NCBI GenBank assembly: GCA_017940605.1
Contig: JAGAYF010000060.1
Span: 332 to 64,331, forward strand
From: Bacteroidaceae bacterium
GTDB taxonomy: Bacteria > Bacteroidota > Bacteroidia > Bacteroidales > Bacteroidaceae
Reading direction: 5' to 3'
Length of the DNA stretch: 64,000 bases
A program made the translations under genes and the position numbers. This document shows, in pieces, positions 62,645 through 64,000 of the stretch (position 1 is the stretch's first letter; each line of letters opens with the position of its first letter). The notes beneath the pieces are model-generated. The model was not told where the DNA came from, searched no databases, and saw only the letters and a list, made by a program, of their open reading frames with translations.

Positions 62645-64000
62645 TTATTCGCGGTTGGCGCGCTTGCGCTGCAGGTGGTCCAGGATGATTTTGCGCATGC
62701 GGATGCTCTGTGGGGTGACTTCCACGTATTCGTCTCCCTTTATCCACTCCAGCGCTTCCTCCAAGGAAAAGATAATGGGGGGTATGATGCGTGCTTTCTC
62801 GTCTGTTCCGCTGGCCCGCACGTTGGTCAGCTGTTTTGCCTTGGTTACGTTGACCACTAAGTCGTTTTCGTGGACGTGTTCGCCCACGATCTGGCCGCCG
62901 TATACCTTTTCCTGCGTATTGATGAAGAACTTGCCCCTGTCTTGCAGCTTGTCGACGGCGTAGGCATAGACTGTGCCGTCCTCCAGAGCTACCATGGAAC
63001 CGTTTACGCGGCGGTCGATGTCGCCCTTGTAGGGTTCGTAATCCAGGAAGCGGTGTGCCATGATGGCTTCGCCCTGACTGGCCGTCATGACGTTGGTCCT
63101 CAGACCGATGATGCCGCGTGAAGGAATGTTGAACGTGATGTTGACGCGTTCTCCCTGGCTTTGCATGGCCGTCATTTCCCCCTTGCGCCGCGTAATCATG
63201 TCTATCAGTTTGCTGGAGCACTCTTCGGGAGTGTTTATCGTGAGTTCCTCTATGGGTTCGCACCGTTTGCCGTCGACGTCCTTGTATATGACCTGCGGCT
63301 GTCCCACCTGGAGTTCGTATCCCTCGCGTCTCATGGTCTCTATGAGAACGGAAAGGTGCAGCACGCCGCGTCCCGACACGATCCAACTGTCGAAACCCTG
63401 GCCTTTCTCCACCCGAAGCGCCAGGTTCTTCTTCAGTTCGCGCTGCAGGCGTTCATCTATCTGGCGGCTGGTGCAAAATTTTCCTTCCTGTCCAAAGAAA
63501 GGCGAATCGTTGATGGTGAAGAGCATGCTCATCGTGGGTTCGTCAATGGCGATGGCGGGCAGCGGGTCGGGGGTCTCGGCATCGCATACGGTGTCGCCAA
63601 TCTCAAAATTTTCCAATCCCACCATGGCGCAGATGTCGCCCGAGTTCATGGCATCTATCTTGCTGTGTCCCATGCCCTCAAATGTGTGCAGCTCCTTGAT
63701 CTTCGTCCTTTCTGTGCTTCCGTCGCGGTGCACGACGGCCACGGCCTGGCCTTCGCGGAACGTGCCGCGCTTGACGCGCCCGATGGCGATGCGCCCCGTG
63801 TAGTTGGAGTAGTCAAGCGACGTGATGAGCATCTGCGACGGGCCGTCCTGCCGTTCAGGAGCGGGTATGACCTCGACAATCTTGTCAAGCAGGTAGGTAA
63901 TGTCTTGCGTCGGTGTGTTGAAGTCCTCGCCCATCCATCCGTTCTTGGCCGAACCGTACACGATGGGGAACTCCAGCTGATCCTCGGTGGCGTCGAGTGC
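62645..64000 (-). CDS. typA: Translational GTPase TypA/BipA (partial; N-terminus beyond the window edge)
   Basis: ..FPIVYGSAKNGWM.., domains II-V and the BipA-specific C-terminus. The reading frame stays open to position 64000. Confidence 0.92.
   Translation of the reverse strand, partial: ALDATEDQLEFPIVYGSAKNGWMGEDFNTPTQDITYLLDKIVEVIPAPERQDGPSQMLITSLDYSNYTGRIAIGRVKRGTFREGQAVAVVHRDGSTERTKIKELHTFEGMGHSKIDAMNSGDICAMVGLENFEIGDTVCDAETPDPLPAIAIDEPTMSMLFTINDSPFFGQEGKFCTSRQIDERLQRELKKNLALRVEKGQGFDSWIVSGRGVLHLSVLIETMRREGYELQVGQPQVIYKDVDGKRCEPIEELTINTPEECSSKLIDMITRRKGEMTAMQSQGERVNITFNIPSRGIIGLRTNVMTASQGEAIMAHRFLDYEPYKGDIDRRVNGSMVALEDGTVYAYAVDKLQDRGKFFINTQEKVYGGQIVGEHVHENDLVVNVTKAKQLTNVRASGTDEKARIIPPIIFSLEEALEWIKGDEYVEVTPQSIRMRKIILDHLQRKRANRE

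Noticed and set aside
1-64000. tRNA, rRNA, tmRNA or RNase P genes.
   Set aside because: Reading every intergenic region by eye, I found no T-loop-type GGTTCGAnnCC motif or cloverleaf-compatible segment. A tRNAscan or Infernal run would be needed to be certain.

Overview
This is a 64-kb chromosomal window that looks like a high-GC member of the Bacteroidota, possibly Prevotellaceae-like. The phylum call rests on four things seen in the sequence: TAnnTTTG -7 promoter boxes in front of many genes, a T9SS C-terminal sorting domain, a lipoprotein-type BamA/TamA partner (TamL-like) next to TamB, and a Bacteroidetes-type HU-like protein. No species is claimed.

Gene content is mostly housekeeping or envelope and glycan related:
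- Fe-S assembly and nucleic-acid functions: sufC-sufD-sufS-rnhB plus a WYL regulator, xpt, fmt, tsaC, mtaB, dusB, hemW, and typA (partial at the window edge).
- Translation: an EF-G paralogue lacking the switch-II histidine.
- Envelope and transport: tamB/tamL, rlpA, a ClC channel, and YidE/YbjL-type and EamA transporters.
- Glycan-related: GH2, a sialate O-acetylesterase-like protein, esterases, two tandem EEP-family paralogues, and anSME.
- Regulators: an ECF sigma factor and an HTH-S24 repressor.

I recognised no rRNA, tRNA, CRISPR array, transposase or integrase.

Two non-coding structures stand out and are not explained by the genes:
1. A strictly phased array of 12 palindromic units of 22-23 bp at 11598-11861. 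It lies between an HU-family gene and a T9SS-secreted Big_2 protein gene.
2. A family of ten intergenic repeats of about 85-110 bp, nine in the same orientation. They are built from GGCGTAAAA boxes around an ATGCGGCCTGAAAAATTTC..TGCAAGGCGTAAAA core. Each sits in an unusually long, GC-rich spacer.

Secondary observations:
- a secreted esterase fused to a TonB C-terminal domain
- a low-GC patch replacing the 3' half of an FGE-domain gene
- sufCDS without an adjacent sufB
- a perfectly symmetric divergent promoter
- a C1-peptidase-like lipoprotein whose catalytic Cys position is Gly

Many long ORFs in the supplied track are antisense shadows of real GC-rich genes and are not reported. All functional calls come from motif recognition by eye. 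No database search was run.
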